From contig CADAXQ010000001.1 in assembly GCA_902791935.1 (NCBI GenBank), positions 41,561 to 105,560 of the forward strand: DNA of 64,000 bases. Direction: 5' to 3'. This stretch comes from an uncultured Erysipelotrichaceae bacterium. Its GTDB lineage: Bacteria; Bacillota_I; Bacilli_A; RFN20; CAG-826. A program made the translations under genes and the position numbers. Each line of letters opens with the position of its first letter. The stretch's first letter is position 1. The notes under the pieces were generated by a model. It did no database searches and was not told where the DNA came from. It worked only from the letters and a program-made list of their open reading frames with translations. Of this stretch, positions 1 through 8,194 are shown one piece after another.

Positions 1-1416
1 GCCTATAAAGCTTGATGGGAAGCCAAAATATTGGCTTGAAGAAGAAACGTAGGCATCTTCCGAAGAACAGGTGAGTTCAAACGATTCCATTGCGTCTACG
101 GCCGTGGCAGGAAGGATATTGCTTAACAAAACGTTATAGGTCTTGCCAGCATAGAAGACAGCATCCGATTTCGTCGCGTTCTTTTCGGCGCTGATGATGA
201 CATCATATTGCTGGTAGAAGCGGTCATTTAAATCAAAGGCGCCATCGGCATTTGCTTTCTTGTCGCCCGTCTTGTAACTGCCCCGATACGTCGTCCGACT
301 GACCCGGTCTCCTTTGACATTGGTATCGGTGTTGTAGGCATAACGGATTTCTTGGGCGTCCCAAGAAGATAACATGCCGTTTGCCAAGAATGTCACATCT
401 AGCGAACGTTCATAGAACGAACTCCCCGAAATGGCGTCGGCTTTAAACGAATAAGAAAGATCCGTTTTGGCGGCTTGGAAGTTTTGAACGACCGAGGAAG
501 ACAAGAAGTCATTGCTTCCTAAGAAATAGTTTTGTAACAAATCGCCGAAACCATAGAACGCCACTTGATTCGGGGCGGCATAAGCAATGGTGCTTAAAGC
601 CATGTCAGCTTTAGACCGATCAATTTCTTGACTCGAAGACGCCGCATTCACGATGGTTTGCGAAGTGTTTGCGCCGACAAAACTCATACTCTTCCAACCC
701 GTTGCGGTTTGGCTTTGCGTCAATTGCAGGTATTTGCCTGCTTCTTCGGCGTGGACAATCCGTCTCGTTTCCGTACTTTCGCCTTCTTGTAACACGACTT
801 TTAATTCGTTTTGTTTGCCGGCATAGGGTGTGGCTTCCACGTTTTGCTTTGCCAACAATGTTTCGTCATTCGCGCCATAGGAAACAACTTCATACGTGGC
901 AGCATTCACGGCCACTTGCTCTTTGGCTTTGCTTGCCGATAATGCCGGCAATAAGTCTCTTGTTACGGCACTCGCATACGGATAAACGACTTTTAAGCTC
1001 ACTTGGCTAGAGAGCCCGTTATCTGTTGCGGCCGTGATTTGAACGACCGGAACGGCATCATCCGTGATTTTTAAAGCTTTTAAGGTGTTGCCCTCTATGG
1101 CAACGTAGTCAGGACGAGAAGACGTGACTGTGACTTGGTTCGTTGCTCCTTCTGGCGCGAGAGCATAAGAAAACGATAACGATTCTCCGACTTCTAAGAT
1201 GTTTTTCTCGATATTGAGCTTAATTTCCGTTGCTTCCACAGTCGATACATCGGAACTAGAAGAAGATGATGAAGTAGAGGAAGATACGGACGAATCCACG
1301 CTCTGAGAGGATTCTTGCGCTGAGGAACTACTGACAGTAATGGTTTTGTTACAGCCGGTGATGGCAAAGGCGGAAAGGACCAAAAGTAATGTTTTAGCGT
1401 GGCGGGCTTTGGACAT
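1..1416 (-). CDS. surface lipoprotein, N-terminal part only (gene runs off the left edge); Ser-rich linker followed by a bacterial Ig-like (Big_2-type) segment
   Basis: Minus-strand reading from the ATG at 1416..1414 (GGAGG SD complement at 1424-1428) gives MSKARHAKTLLLVLSAFAITGCNK..., a signal peptide plus lipobox (AITG|C). A poly-Ser linker follows and the frame stays open to position 1. It is absent from the ORF track because no stop lies in the window. Confidence 0.8.
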   Translation of the reverse strand, partial: MSKARHAKTLLLVLSAFAITGCNKTITVSSSSAQESSQSVDSSVSSSTSSSSSSSDVSTVEATEIKLNIEKNILEVGESLSFSYALAPEGATNQVTVTSSRPDYVAIEGNTLKALKITDDAVPVVQITAATDNGLSSQVSLKVVYPYASAVTRDLLPALSASKAKEQVAVNAATYEVVSYGANDETLLAKQNVEATPYAGKQNELKVVLQEGESTETRRIVHAEEAGKYLQLTQSQTATGWKSMSFVGANTSQTIVNAASSSQEIDRSKADMALSTIAYAAPNQVAFYGFGDLLQNYFLGSNDFLSSSVVQNFQAAKTDLSYSFKADAISGSSFYERSLDVTFLANGMLSSWDAQEIRYAYNTDTNVKGDRVSRTTYRGSYKTGDKKANADGAFDLNDRFYQQYDVIISAEKNATKSDAVFYAGKTYNVLLSNILPATAVDAMESFELTCSSEDAYVSSSSQYFGFPSSFIG

Positions 1417-1481
1417 AGATAAGCCTCCTTTAATGAAATCACCTCATGGTAAAGGACAAAAAGAGAAAAAGCAAGCATTTA

Positions 1482-1516
1482 AGTATATTAAAACCTCATT
1501 TGCAAACGAGGGATGA
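1482..1516 (+). repeat. left terminal inverted repeat of the IS
   Basis: 1490-1516 is the exact reverse complement of 2684-2710. Outward extension to about 1482/2718 has 2 mismatches. The core is itself an imperfect palindrome (CCTCaTTTG/CAAAcGAGG). Confidence 0.8.
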
Positions 1517-1596
1517 TTTTTTAAAGTGTTATAATTGACTCGCCCAGGGAAAAAGGATGGGCAATCAAATGGCCTTTCCACGGCGGCGTCGCAGAT

Positions 1597-2673
1597 TTGA
1601 CTTGGCGGTCCTGCGTCGCCGTCGTGGAAAAGCCGACCGCCAAAAACATGAAACAGAAAAAGGGAAAGCCCCTTTTCACGTCGCTGCGACAATTTTCGTG
1701 GTCCGGGGAAAAGGGGAGGACCGGGACGGAGGCCATGATCGAGGCCACCGTTTTGGAGTGGTACGAGCAAAAGCACAGAAAGCCTTCGCCGGAGGAGCTG
1801 GCGCTCATCAATTCGATCAAGCCGAAATGCTGCCCGCATTGCGGCGGGACGTTCGCAAAAGACGGGTTCAGGGGATCGGGGATAAGAAGCTTCGAATGCT
1901 GCGAATGCGGCAAAAAGTTCACGGCTTTGACGGGCACGATCTTCGATTCGAAAAAGATACCCATCAGCGAATGGATAGAGTTTCTGCTCCACCTGTTCGA
2001 ATTCCATTCGCTGAAGACGTCGGCGTCGGACAATAGAAACGCGGAAACGACCGGCCGCTACTGGCTTTCCAAGGTCTTCGCCGTGCTCCGAGGAATCCAG
2101 GACGAAATCGTCCTGTCCGGGAGGGTTTGGATCGACGAGAAGCTCTTCGACGCCCCGAAATCCGAGAAGGAATCGGCCAAAAGGGGCTCGGGCGCCAAAG
2201 GCGGCTCGGCCAGGGGCTGCCAATACTATGTGGCCTGCGGGACCGACGGGAAGCGCAGCTTCTACGTCGTCGCCGGAAAAAGCAAGCCGGGCGACAAGGC
2301 CATGCTCAAGGCATACGGAAAGAGAATCGCCGAATGCTCGACCTTGGTCCACGACGGCGAAAGGGGCCACAACGCCGTCATCGACGCGCTCGCCTTGAAA
2401 AGCGAGGTCCACACAAGCGCCGAAACCCGCGGAATGAAGGACGAGGACAATCCTTTGGACGAGATAAACGATCTCCACGACAAAATGGAGAAGTTCATGC
2501 GGGCCCATTCCGGCTACGATCGAGCAAGCCTTCAGGACTGGATGAATCTGTTTTGGCTGTTGACGAACGGGCCGAGGGACAAAATGGACAAGGTGAAATG
2601 GTTCCTGGAGATGGCGCTTTCGAAGAAAATCCGAATAAAATACCGCGACAGATTCGGGAAAACCGAGAAATAA
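1597..2673 (+). CDS. IS1595-family (ISXO2-like) DDE transposase with N-terminal zinc ribbon
   Basis: Zinc-ribbon motif CCPHCGG-x16-CCECGKKF, followed by candidate catalytic acidic residues in VWIDEKLF and LVHDGERGHN. Length is about 350 aa and the ORF is flanked by IRs. The true start may be an internal Met (for example MKQKKGK at about 1648). Confidence 0.8.
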   Translation: MTWRSCVAVVEKPTAKNMKQKKGKPLFTSLRQFSWSGEKGRTGTEAMIEATVLEWYEQKHRKPSPEELALINSIKPKCCPHCGGTFAKDGFRGSGIRSFECCECGKKFTALTGTIFDSKKIPISEWIEFLLHLFEFHSLKTSASDNRNAETTGRYWLSKVFAVLRGIQDEIVLSGRVWIDEKLFDAPKSEKESAKRGSGAKGGSARGCQYYVACGTDGKRSFYVVAGKSKPGDKAMLKAYGKRIAECSTLVHDGERGHNAVIDALALKSEVHTSAETRGMKDEDNPLDEINDLHDKMEKFMRAHSGYDRASLQDWMNLFWLLTNGPRDKMDKVKWFLEMALSKKIRIKYRDRFGKTEK

Positions 2674-2683
2674 TCGAATCTAT

Positions 2684-2718
2684 TCATCCCTCGTTTGCAA
2701 ATGAGGTTTTAGTATATT
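2684..2718 (-). repeat. right terminal inverted repeat of the IS
   Basis: Reverse complement of 1482-1516, with the perfect 27-bp core at 2684-2710. Confidence 0.8.
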
Positions 2719-2819
2719 AAATATTTTGACGCGTGCACGTGAAAAAATGCGTTCGCCTTGCGTTCCTCCTTGATTTTCGAGATAATCCCCCTAGATTCCA
2801 AAAAGGAGGACGATACGAT

Positions 2820-2951
2820 ATGAAAAAGACGACTATCCCTTGGCTATTCGCGGCTTCTCTCCTCTTGGCGGCTTGTGGAGAAACGATTGCTCCTTCCCCC
2901 TCAAGCACCATTCCTTCGTCGATTAGCTCTTCTCAACCCACGGATGTATAA
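2820..2951 (+). pseudogene. 5' fragment of a lipoprotein gene (signal peptide + lipobox + Ser/Pro linker), ended by an in-frame TAA
   Basis: GGAGG SD at about 2804-2808, ATG at 2820, MKKTTIPWLFAASLLLAACGETIAPSPSS... (lipobox LAA|C). TAA at 2949-2951 is in the same frame as the 687-aa ORF that starts at 2979 (2979-2820=159, a multiple of 3). Confidence 0.7.
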
Positions 2952-2978
2952 TCGTTCATTCGCGAGACGATTCTTTCG

Positions 2979-5042
2979 ATGGCGAACGGCAATTTTGCCT
3001 TAACCTATGACATCGGTGGTCATTCCTTTACTGACACCATCAACCCCCGTTACACGTACACGGGCTATTTGCAAAAAGGCAGCGTGTTGCTCCAAACCTA
3101 CGGAACTACGCCCTATGCATATGATTACACCATCAGCCAAGATGGCGTGGAAATCCGTGGCCAAACTTTCGATGAATTCTATCAAAAGCAAGAAGTTTCT
3201 TCGTTAGCGTACCGCAATCACTTTGCTGATGCTGCCGCTTGGAAATTCGAAGGCACCGTCACCAACGACGAGTTTATCTCTACCGAAAGTGGCCTTTTAA
3301 ACGCATTCCAAGATCAATTGGATTTCACCGGCATCAAAAAGATTGGCTTAGCCGAAAAAGATGGCTTACTTAACGTCCATCTTTATGCGTCTGATCCAAC
3401 GACTGGCAAAGATTACATCCCCGAAGGTGGCGATGTTGTGGTTTCTTCAATCGGAAGCGCGTCGCTTCCCGAAGTGGAAGCCTTGTTATCCACCTGGAAA
3501 AACGATGCGAACGGTTATCAAGGAAGCCTAGATAATGTGACGGGCGACGTCTCTTTTGTCTCGGCCATCTATGATTATTTCTATTTAGATGAATCGGACC
3601 AAATCGAGCGGCAAGGTTATTCGAATCTTGACCGTTATGGCGACTATGTGCGGATTACCGATATCGACGAAGAAGGAGCCGGCCGCGCTTATACCTATGA
3701 AAAGCAAACGGATGGCGAAACGCTTTCCTTAGTCGGTGTGAACGCCAAAAACGAGATGAAGAAGACGAGCACCACGACGACCTATTCTTCGTTTGGCTTC
3801 TACACGGCGGATTCGTTCCCAAGAACCCAATTCCAACAAATCGGCTCCGATGCCGATTATTACACCTATTTAGGCACGGACGCAACGAAGTTAGCTTATG
3901 CCATCACCCAACACCAACGGTTCTTAGAATGGCCAGTGGTAGAGGCGAAAATGAAAGTCGAGAATGGCAAAATCACGCAATTTGTCTTTACGACGGACAT
4001 CATGCTTGATCGGGATACCGGCCGTTATTTCTACCGTTATGCCGATGTTCGGGTGCAAGATACCCCGAACGTAATCGAAGGACCAGTCCTTAAAACTCCA
4101 TCGGCCGATGATGCTGAAATTCAAGGATACTTAGCCAATCTGAACCAAGACGATTCCGTATTCACTAGCCTCGGCAAAGACTCTGCTTGGGAAGGAAATC
4201 GTGTCACCAAAGCCGTCAAAGGCACGGACTTCTATCTCAAAGGCACCTATTACACCGATGAGGAGGGAAATCCAACCACTTTGGAAAAGAATGGCGATGG
4301 TTACTTCTTAAGTGGTGACAAGCTTTATTCCTTCACCTTCAACGATGCTGGCGAAGTTACGACATTTAACAAAAATCCATTGTCTAAAACCTTAAAAGAG
4401 GTAGCTGGCTTCTCTATTTCCAGTGCCGTATTGAAAAAAGACGGCAACACCTTAACCACCTATGGTGATATCTTGGATTTAGGGGATTTCATCGGTGCAG
4501 TCGACAATCCTTTAACGGTTGATCCTTCGACGTTCAATATGGGTATTGTCAATGGCAAAATTGGAACGATCCACTTCGCTTATCAAGGTGGGATGGAAGA
4601 CGTTACGCTAGATTATGCAACAACTAGCATGCCTGTAACACTGCGTTCCAACATTGAAAAAGCCGTGGCTGCCTTAAATCCCAGTGAGCGGGAAACTTTC
4701 GCAGATGATTCTTCAAAAACCACTGTTTACGATTCGATGGTTGAACAATGGGGCGAAGATGTCGCCAAAAAAGTTCCGTATTTGAGAAACCGTACCTGGG
4801 AAGAAGCTAATCCCAACAGCACCTATTTTGACGGCTATTACGATGAAAGCACTTCCGAATTTATCATTTCCGTTTGGGAAACCGTTGACTCTTATACCGA
4901 AGCTTACAAGGCATATTTGAAAGAACTCGGTTATATGAGCAGCGACAATGTAACATTCGAAAATCAGACGGATGGACTCCAAATCAAGGTGAACGCAGAC
5001 GATCAGTACCAATTCATCATCGTCAAATTGTTGAAAGCGTAA
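2979..5042 (+). CDS. large hypothetical surface protein (687 aa) lacking its own signal peptide; probably the mature part of the interrupted lipoprotein gene 2820..5042
   Basis: Long ORF with clean coding character. It has no signal peptide and no SD before the ATG at 2979, and it is in frame with the upstream lipoprotein leader across a single TAA. I recognise no family. Confidence 0.75.
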   Translation: MANGNFALTYDIGGHSFTDTINPRYTYTGYLQKGSVLLQTYGTTPYAYDYTISQDGVEIRGQTFDEFYQKQEVSSLAYRNHFADAAAWKFEGTVTNDEFISTESGLLNAFQDQLDFTGIKKIGLAEKDGLLNVHLYASDPTTGKDYIPEGGDVVVSSIGSASLPEVEALLSTWKNDANGYQGSLDNVTGDVSFVSAIYDYFYLDESDQIERQGYSNLDRYGDYVRITDIDEEGAGRAYTYEKQTDGETLSLVGVNAKNEMKKTSTTTTYSSFGFYTADSFPRTQFQQIGSDADYYTYLGTDATKLAYAITQHQRFLEWPVVEAKMKVENGKITQFVFTTDIMLDRDTGRYFYRYADVRVQDTPNVIEGPVLKTPSADDAEIQGYLANLNQDDSVFTSLGKDSAWEGNRVTKAVKGTDFYLKGTYYTDEEGNPTTLEKNGDGYFLSGDKLYSFTFNDAGEVTTFNKNPLSKTLKEVAGFSISSAVLKKDGNTLTTYGDILDLGDFIGAVDNPLTVDPSTFNMGIVNGKIGTIHFAYQGGMEDVTLDYATTSMPVTLRSNIEKAVAALNPSERETFADDSSKTTVYDSMVEQWGEDVAKKVPYLRNRTWEEANPNSTYFDGYYDESTSEFIISVWETVDSYTEAYKAYLKELGYMSSDNVTFENQTDGLQIKVNADDQYQFIIVKLLKA

Positions 5043-5055
5043 TCATCTACATGTT

Positions 5056-5089
5056 AAAAAGCCTGGTGGAAATGCTCCATCAGGCTTTT
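5056..5089. terminator. bidirectional rho-independent terminator between convergent genes
   Basis: GCCTGGTGGA (5061-5070) pairs with TCCATCAGGC (5076-5085), a 10-bp stem with one G-T pair. It is flanked by an A-run upstream and a T-run downstream. Confidence 0.7.
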
Positions 5090-5101
5090 CATTAACCCGG
5101 T

Positions 5102-5737
5102 TTAGGATTGCGCAGAGGCTGCTTTTAAATAATTCAGAACTCCGTCTTTAAAATCGGCAGAGGCGTTAGACGTAAATTCGATAACGCATAGAGAAACATC
5201 ACCCGATTTCATGATATAAAACGCATCCGAATCGCTGTCTATTTTGAAAGGAAGACTCGAATAAGGGAAGAAAGAACTTACAAACCAATAGTTGATCGAG
5301 CCACGATCATCCTTGTTATTTGGATCTAACGGGACCATGCGATGCTCGTAGAATTCTTTTCCTTCAACTGGCAGAAAGCGAATCGCAGCATAAGAAGAAG
5401 GATAAGTCTTTGAAATCACGCAACCCCATGCTTGGCGATCATGAAGATAGAGGCATTCTTTCGGGTGACTGTCATCGTCTTTCACGCGACCCTCGTTGAC
5501 GCATTCATCAATGCCGGAGATGGAATAGTCATAAGCGAATCCAACGTCAGATGATGAAAGATCGAACCAGCGCGGATTGGTTTCTTCTCGACATTCATTT
5601 TGCTTTTTCCAAGAAGAAATGGCAGAAGCCAAATCGTCATAACGGTCAATAAAGACACGTTGACTTCCTAAATGCTGGAGGCAGCCATTGCATAGTAAAG
5701 CAACGCAAGCAAGAGGAATGAAAGAACGTTTTTCCAT
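5102..5737 (-). CDS. hypothetical lipoprotein (211 aa)
   Basis: Internal ATG at 5737 preceded by GAAGGAG. The N-terminus MEKRSFIPLACVALLCNGC has a lipobox (LCNG|C). The longer ORF-track start at 5806 lacks an RBS. Confidence 0.7.
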   Translation of the reverse strand: MEKRSFIPLACVALLCNGCLQHLGSQRVFIDRYDDLASAISSWKKQNECREETNPRWFDLSSSDVGFAYDYSISGIDECVNEGRVKDDDSHPKECLYLHDRQAWGCVISKTYPSSYAAIRFLPVEGKEFYEHRMVPLDPNNKDDRGSINYWFVSSFFPYSSLPFKIDSDSDAFYIMKSGDVSLCVIEFTSNASADFKDGVLNYLKAASAQS

Positions 5738-6120
5738 AATAGCTCCTTCAGAACGATTATTCTTCTTTAGCAATTTTTCAGCGCTCGAAGACGGTTTGTA
5801 TTTCAAAAATGTCTTCGCTCGTCTAAAACAGATGGAGCATTTAATACATACTCATCATACATCAAAAAACAAACTTAAAGAAAATTCAAACATATCGAAC
5901 ATAATCCAGGTATTTCGTTTAAAAATAGTTAAGCATAACCAAATCTCTATCCAGCGCTCTATCTATAAATAAAGCGCTTTGGACAAAGAAGCAAACGATG
6001 ATTTGTCTCTTTCCTAGTAGACATACCTCGGCAGTTTTAACGGCACTATCCTTTCTCTTTTTGTGGATACTGCGACTATTTTGCGTTACAATCGCTACGT
6101 ATTAATAAGGAGTATTAACA

Positions 6121-6678
6121 ATGAACGTTACTGAATTACGTCCCGGAAACTACTTTGAGGACGAAAACACCCTTTACCAAGTCATCGACATCTTATTGAA
6201 CAAGACGGCCATGCGGAAGATGGTCGCAAAGGTGAAGGTCAAGAATGTTCGTACTGGCGCCATCACTGAAATTGCTCGTAACTCTGGTTATGATGTGGAA
6301 CTCGTGAGCATCACCAAGAAGAACATGCAATATCTCTATGACAGCGGCACGACCTTGGTTTTCATGGATCCAAAAACCTATGAACAAGTCGAACTTCCAA
6401 AAGCGAACCTCGAACACGAAATTCCTTATCTCGCCCCAAACGGCGAAATCGTCATGGTTTCGTATGAAGACGAAATCCTCGGTATCGAACTTCCTGCCAA
6501 AGTTGCCTTGGAAGTCGTTGAAACCGAAGCTGGCGTCCGTGGCGACACCATCAGCAATGGTGGCAGCAAAGACGCGAAACTCGAAACTGGTTTAGTCATT
6601 CGTGTTCCTCTCTTCATCAACGTTGGTGAAAAAGTCCTCGTTGACACGACGACTGGCAAATACGACAAGAGAGCATAA
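6121..6678 (+). CDS. efp: translation elongation factor P
   Basis: Full-length colinear similarity to EF-P, including the C-terminal GDTxxGGxKxAxLETGxxxxVPLFI block. AAGGAG SD lies upstream. Confidence 0.95.
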   Translation: MNVTELRPGNYFEDENTLYQVIDILLNKTAMRKMVAKVKVKNVRTGAITEIARNSGYDVELVSITKKNMQYLYDSGTTLVFMDPKTYEQVELPKANLEHEIPYLAPNGEIVMVSYEDEILGIELPAKVALEVVETEAGVRGDTISNGGSKDAKLETGLVIRVPLFINVGEKVLVDTTTGKYDKRA

Positions 6679-6681
6679 GCC

Positions 6682-6903
6682 ATGTCCCTCGAAGTTTGGC
6701 AGTTTGTTCTCTACATTATCCTTGCTTTAATCGTTGGCTTAGTTGGTGGATTCTTTGGCGCTCGGGCCTTAATTAAGTACCAGTTGAAGAAGAACCCTCC
6801 AATCAACGAGAAAATGATTCGCGCGATGTTTGCCCAAATGGGTCGGAAGCCATCAGAAGCTCAAGTCCGCGCCGTCATGAACTCGATGACGAAGAACCAA
6901 TAA
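6682..6903 (+). CDS. UPF0154/YneF-family small membrane protein
   Basis: 73 aa with one N-terminal TM helix, then the conserved block NPPINEKMIRAMFAQMGRKPSEAQV typical of YneF/UPF0154. Confidence 0.85.
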   Translation: MSLEVWQFVLYIILALIVGLVGGFFGARALIKYQLKKNPPINEKMIRAMFAQMGRKPSEAQVRAVMNSMTKNQ

Positions 6904-6922
6904 GTCGTATCGAAAGGCAAAT

Positions 6923-6949
6923 CAGCCCTGACATAAATCAGGGCTTTTT
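6923..6949 (+). terminator. rho-independent terminator after efp-yneF
   Basis: AGCCCTGA (6923-6930) pairs with TCAGGGCT (6937-6944), followed by a T-run. Confidence 0.8.
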
Positions 6950-7242
6950 TCGTGCCCTAGAATCAAGGATAGATTGACTTGTTTTGAACCGACTGATTTT
7001 CATAGTATGCAAGAGGCGAAAGTTATAGAAGGGTAGAAGAAGTTGCGCCCTTCATTTGTGTCTATCCCTTAGTGCCTCGTGACGATGCGTTTCCGTGAAT
7101 ATCTGAGCAGTAGGCAAGGAGAGGAAGTGGGTATAAAATCGGCAAAAATACCTCGTTCCCTATTTTTTCACACATTTTTCACCTTACCGTATTCAATTCA
7201 AAATTTAGTCAATCATTAACATTTGATGAAATCTAATATTTT

Positions 7243-7274
7243 TAAACAAAAAGTGGAGAATTAACTTTTCTCCA
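7243..7274 (-). terminator. rho-independent terminator after plsY
   Basis: GTGGAGAA (7252-7259) pairs with TTCTCCAC (7267-7274). On the minus strand the stem is followed by TTTTTGTTT. Confidence 0.75.
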
Positions 7275-7313
7275 CCATAAAATATAGATTGCTAGAAAAC
7301 TACTAATTATTTC

Positions 7314-8045
7314 CTATTTCCAATCGACTTGTTTTTCTTGTCCTTTTTTGATTCTTTGGATGTTAGAAGCGTGGCGGATCCAAACCAAAATGCAGATGGC
7401 CATTAAGACTACTGCCCGTTCCCAACCATAGAAGTTACCGCCGTAAGGAAGTGGGCCTGCGCCGAAGTTCCACATGAAGTAAGTGAGTTTATTTTGGCTC
7501 CAAATCGTGACGCCATACATCAACCATTCAAAGAGGACTGTGGTGGCGCTTAACGTTAACGTCGAAATCGACATGACTTTTGTTTTCTTGAATAACGGGA
7601 AGAAGGCCACAATACCGAATGCCGAAGAAAGCCAGCTTGTTCCGAATGCCGCCCCGGAGAAGCAGGCAACCGCTTTGCCACCCTGGAACTTCAGCCAAGG
7701 GGAGAAACAATGGCCAAACGCCGCAAAGAACAACGCCAAATAGTTGTAGAAAATGCCGTCGTCCCATAGCGTGACGGTGTTTCGTAATCCTGAGTAGGAG
7801 AGAATCGCCCAGATGGTCCAATACACGACAGCGGTCTTCAAGGCATCCATCACAATCGTAATCACGCCGATTTTTTTGCCAAATACCCGACCCGTATTCG
7901 TTCCCCCGGAATTGTGGGATCCATATTTTCTCGGATCGTCATGAAAGAAAATGTGACCGATGATGATGCCGTTAGGAATGCTTCCAACCAAATAGCCAAA
8001 CACACAGAATACGACGGCAACCAATATGTTGTACCCAATGCTCAT
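7314..8045 (-). CDS. plsY: glycerol-3-phosphate acyltransferase PlsY
   Basis: Polytopic membrane protein with the PlsY motifs GSIPNG and SHNSGGTNTGR. It sits next to parE as in Bacillus/Staphylococcus. Confidence 0.9.
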   Translation of the reverse strand: MSIGYNILVAVVFCVFGYLVGSIPNGIIIGHIFFHDDPRKYGSHNSGGTNTGRVFGKKIGVITIVMDALKTAVVYWTIWAILSYSGLRNTVTLWDDGIFYNYLALFFAAFGHCFSPWLKFQGGKAVACFSGAAFGTSWLSSAFGIVAFFPLFKKTKVMSISTLTLSATTVLFEWLMYGVTIWSQNKLTYFMWNFGAGPLPYGGNFYGWERAVVLMAICILVWIRHASNIQRIKKGQEKQVDWK

Positions 8046-8194
8046 TTCTTTCTCCCTATCCCATTTGTCAAAAAGAACTTCCCTATTATGCGTTTTTAGG
8101 GTTACTTTTTCAACTTGTCACGCGTATAATAACGTAGTTAAAGTATTCATAACCTTTATGGTAGAATACGAAGAATCTATTAACTAATCACGAT

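Larger units (their letters stand above)
1482..2718 (+). mobile_element. IS1595-family insertion sequence (about 1.24 kb), apparently intact
   Basis: A single transposase ORF is bounded by about 35-bp terminal inverted repeats with a perfect 27-bp core (AAAACCTCATTTGCAAACGAGGGATGA). G+C is far above the flanks: a hand count of 1681-1740 gives 37/60 G+C. Long spurious antisense ORFs are typical of GC-rich DNA. Confidence 0.85.

Noticed and set aside
1444-2720. Long ORFs inside the IS on the opposite strand and in other frames (1444..2508 minus, 354 aa; 1521..2033 minus; 1557..2036 plus; 2127..2720 plus)
   Set aside because: They overlap the transposase gene completely and have Arg/Gly/Ala/Pro-rich, low-information translations. 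They are the expected stop-codon-poor artefact of ~60% G+C DNA. Only the 1597..2673 frame shows transposase motifs.
5940-5975. AGCGCT...AGCGCT hairpin upstream of efp as a regulatory element
   Set aside because: It has only a 6-bp stem with a 14-nt loop, no U-tract and no recognisable motif. It is consistent with chance in a 380-nt intergenic region.
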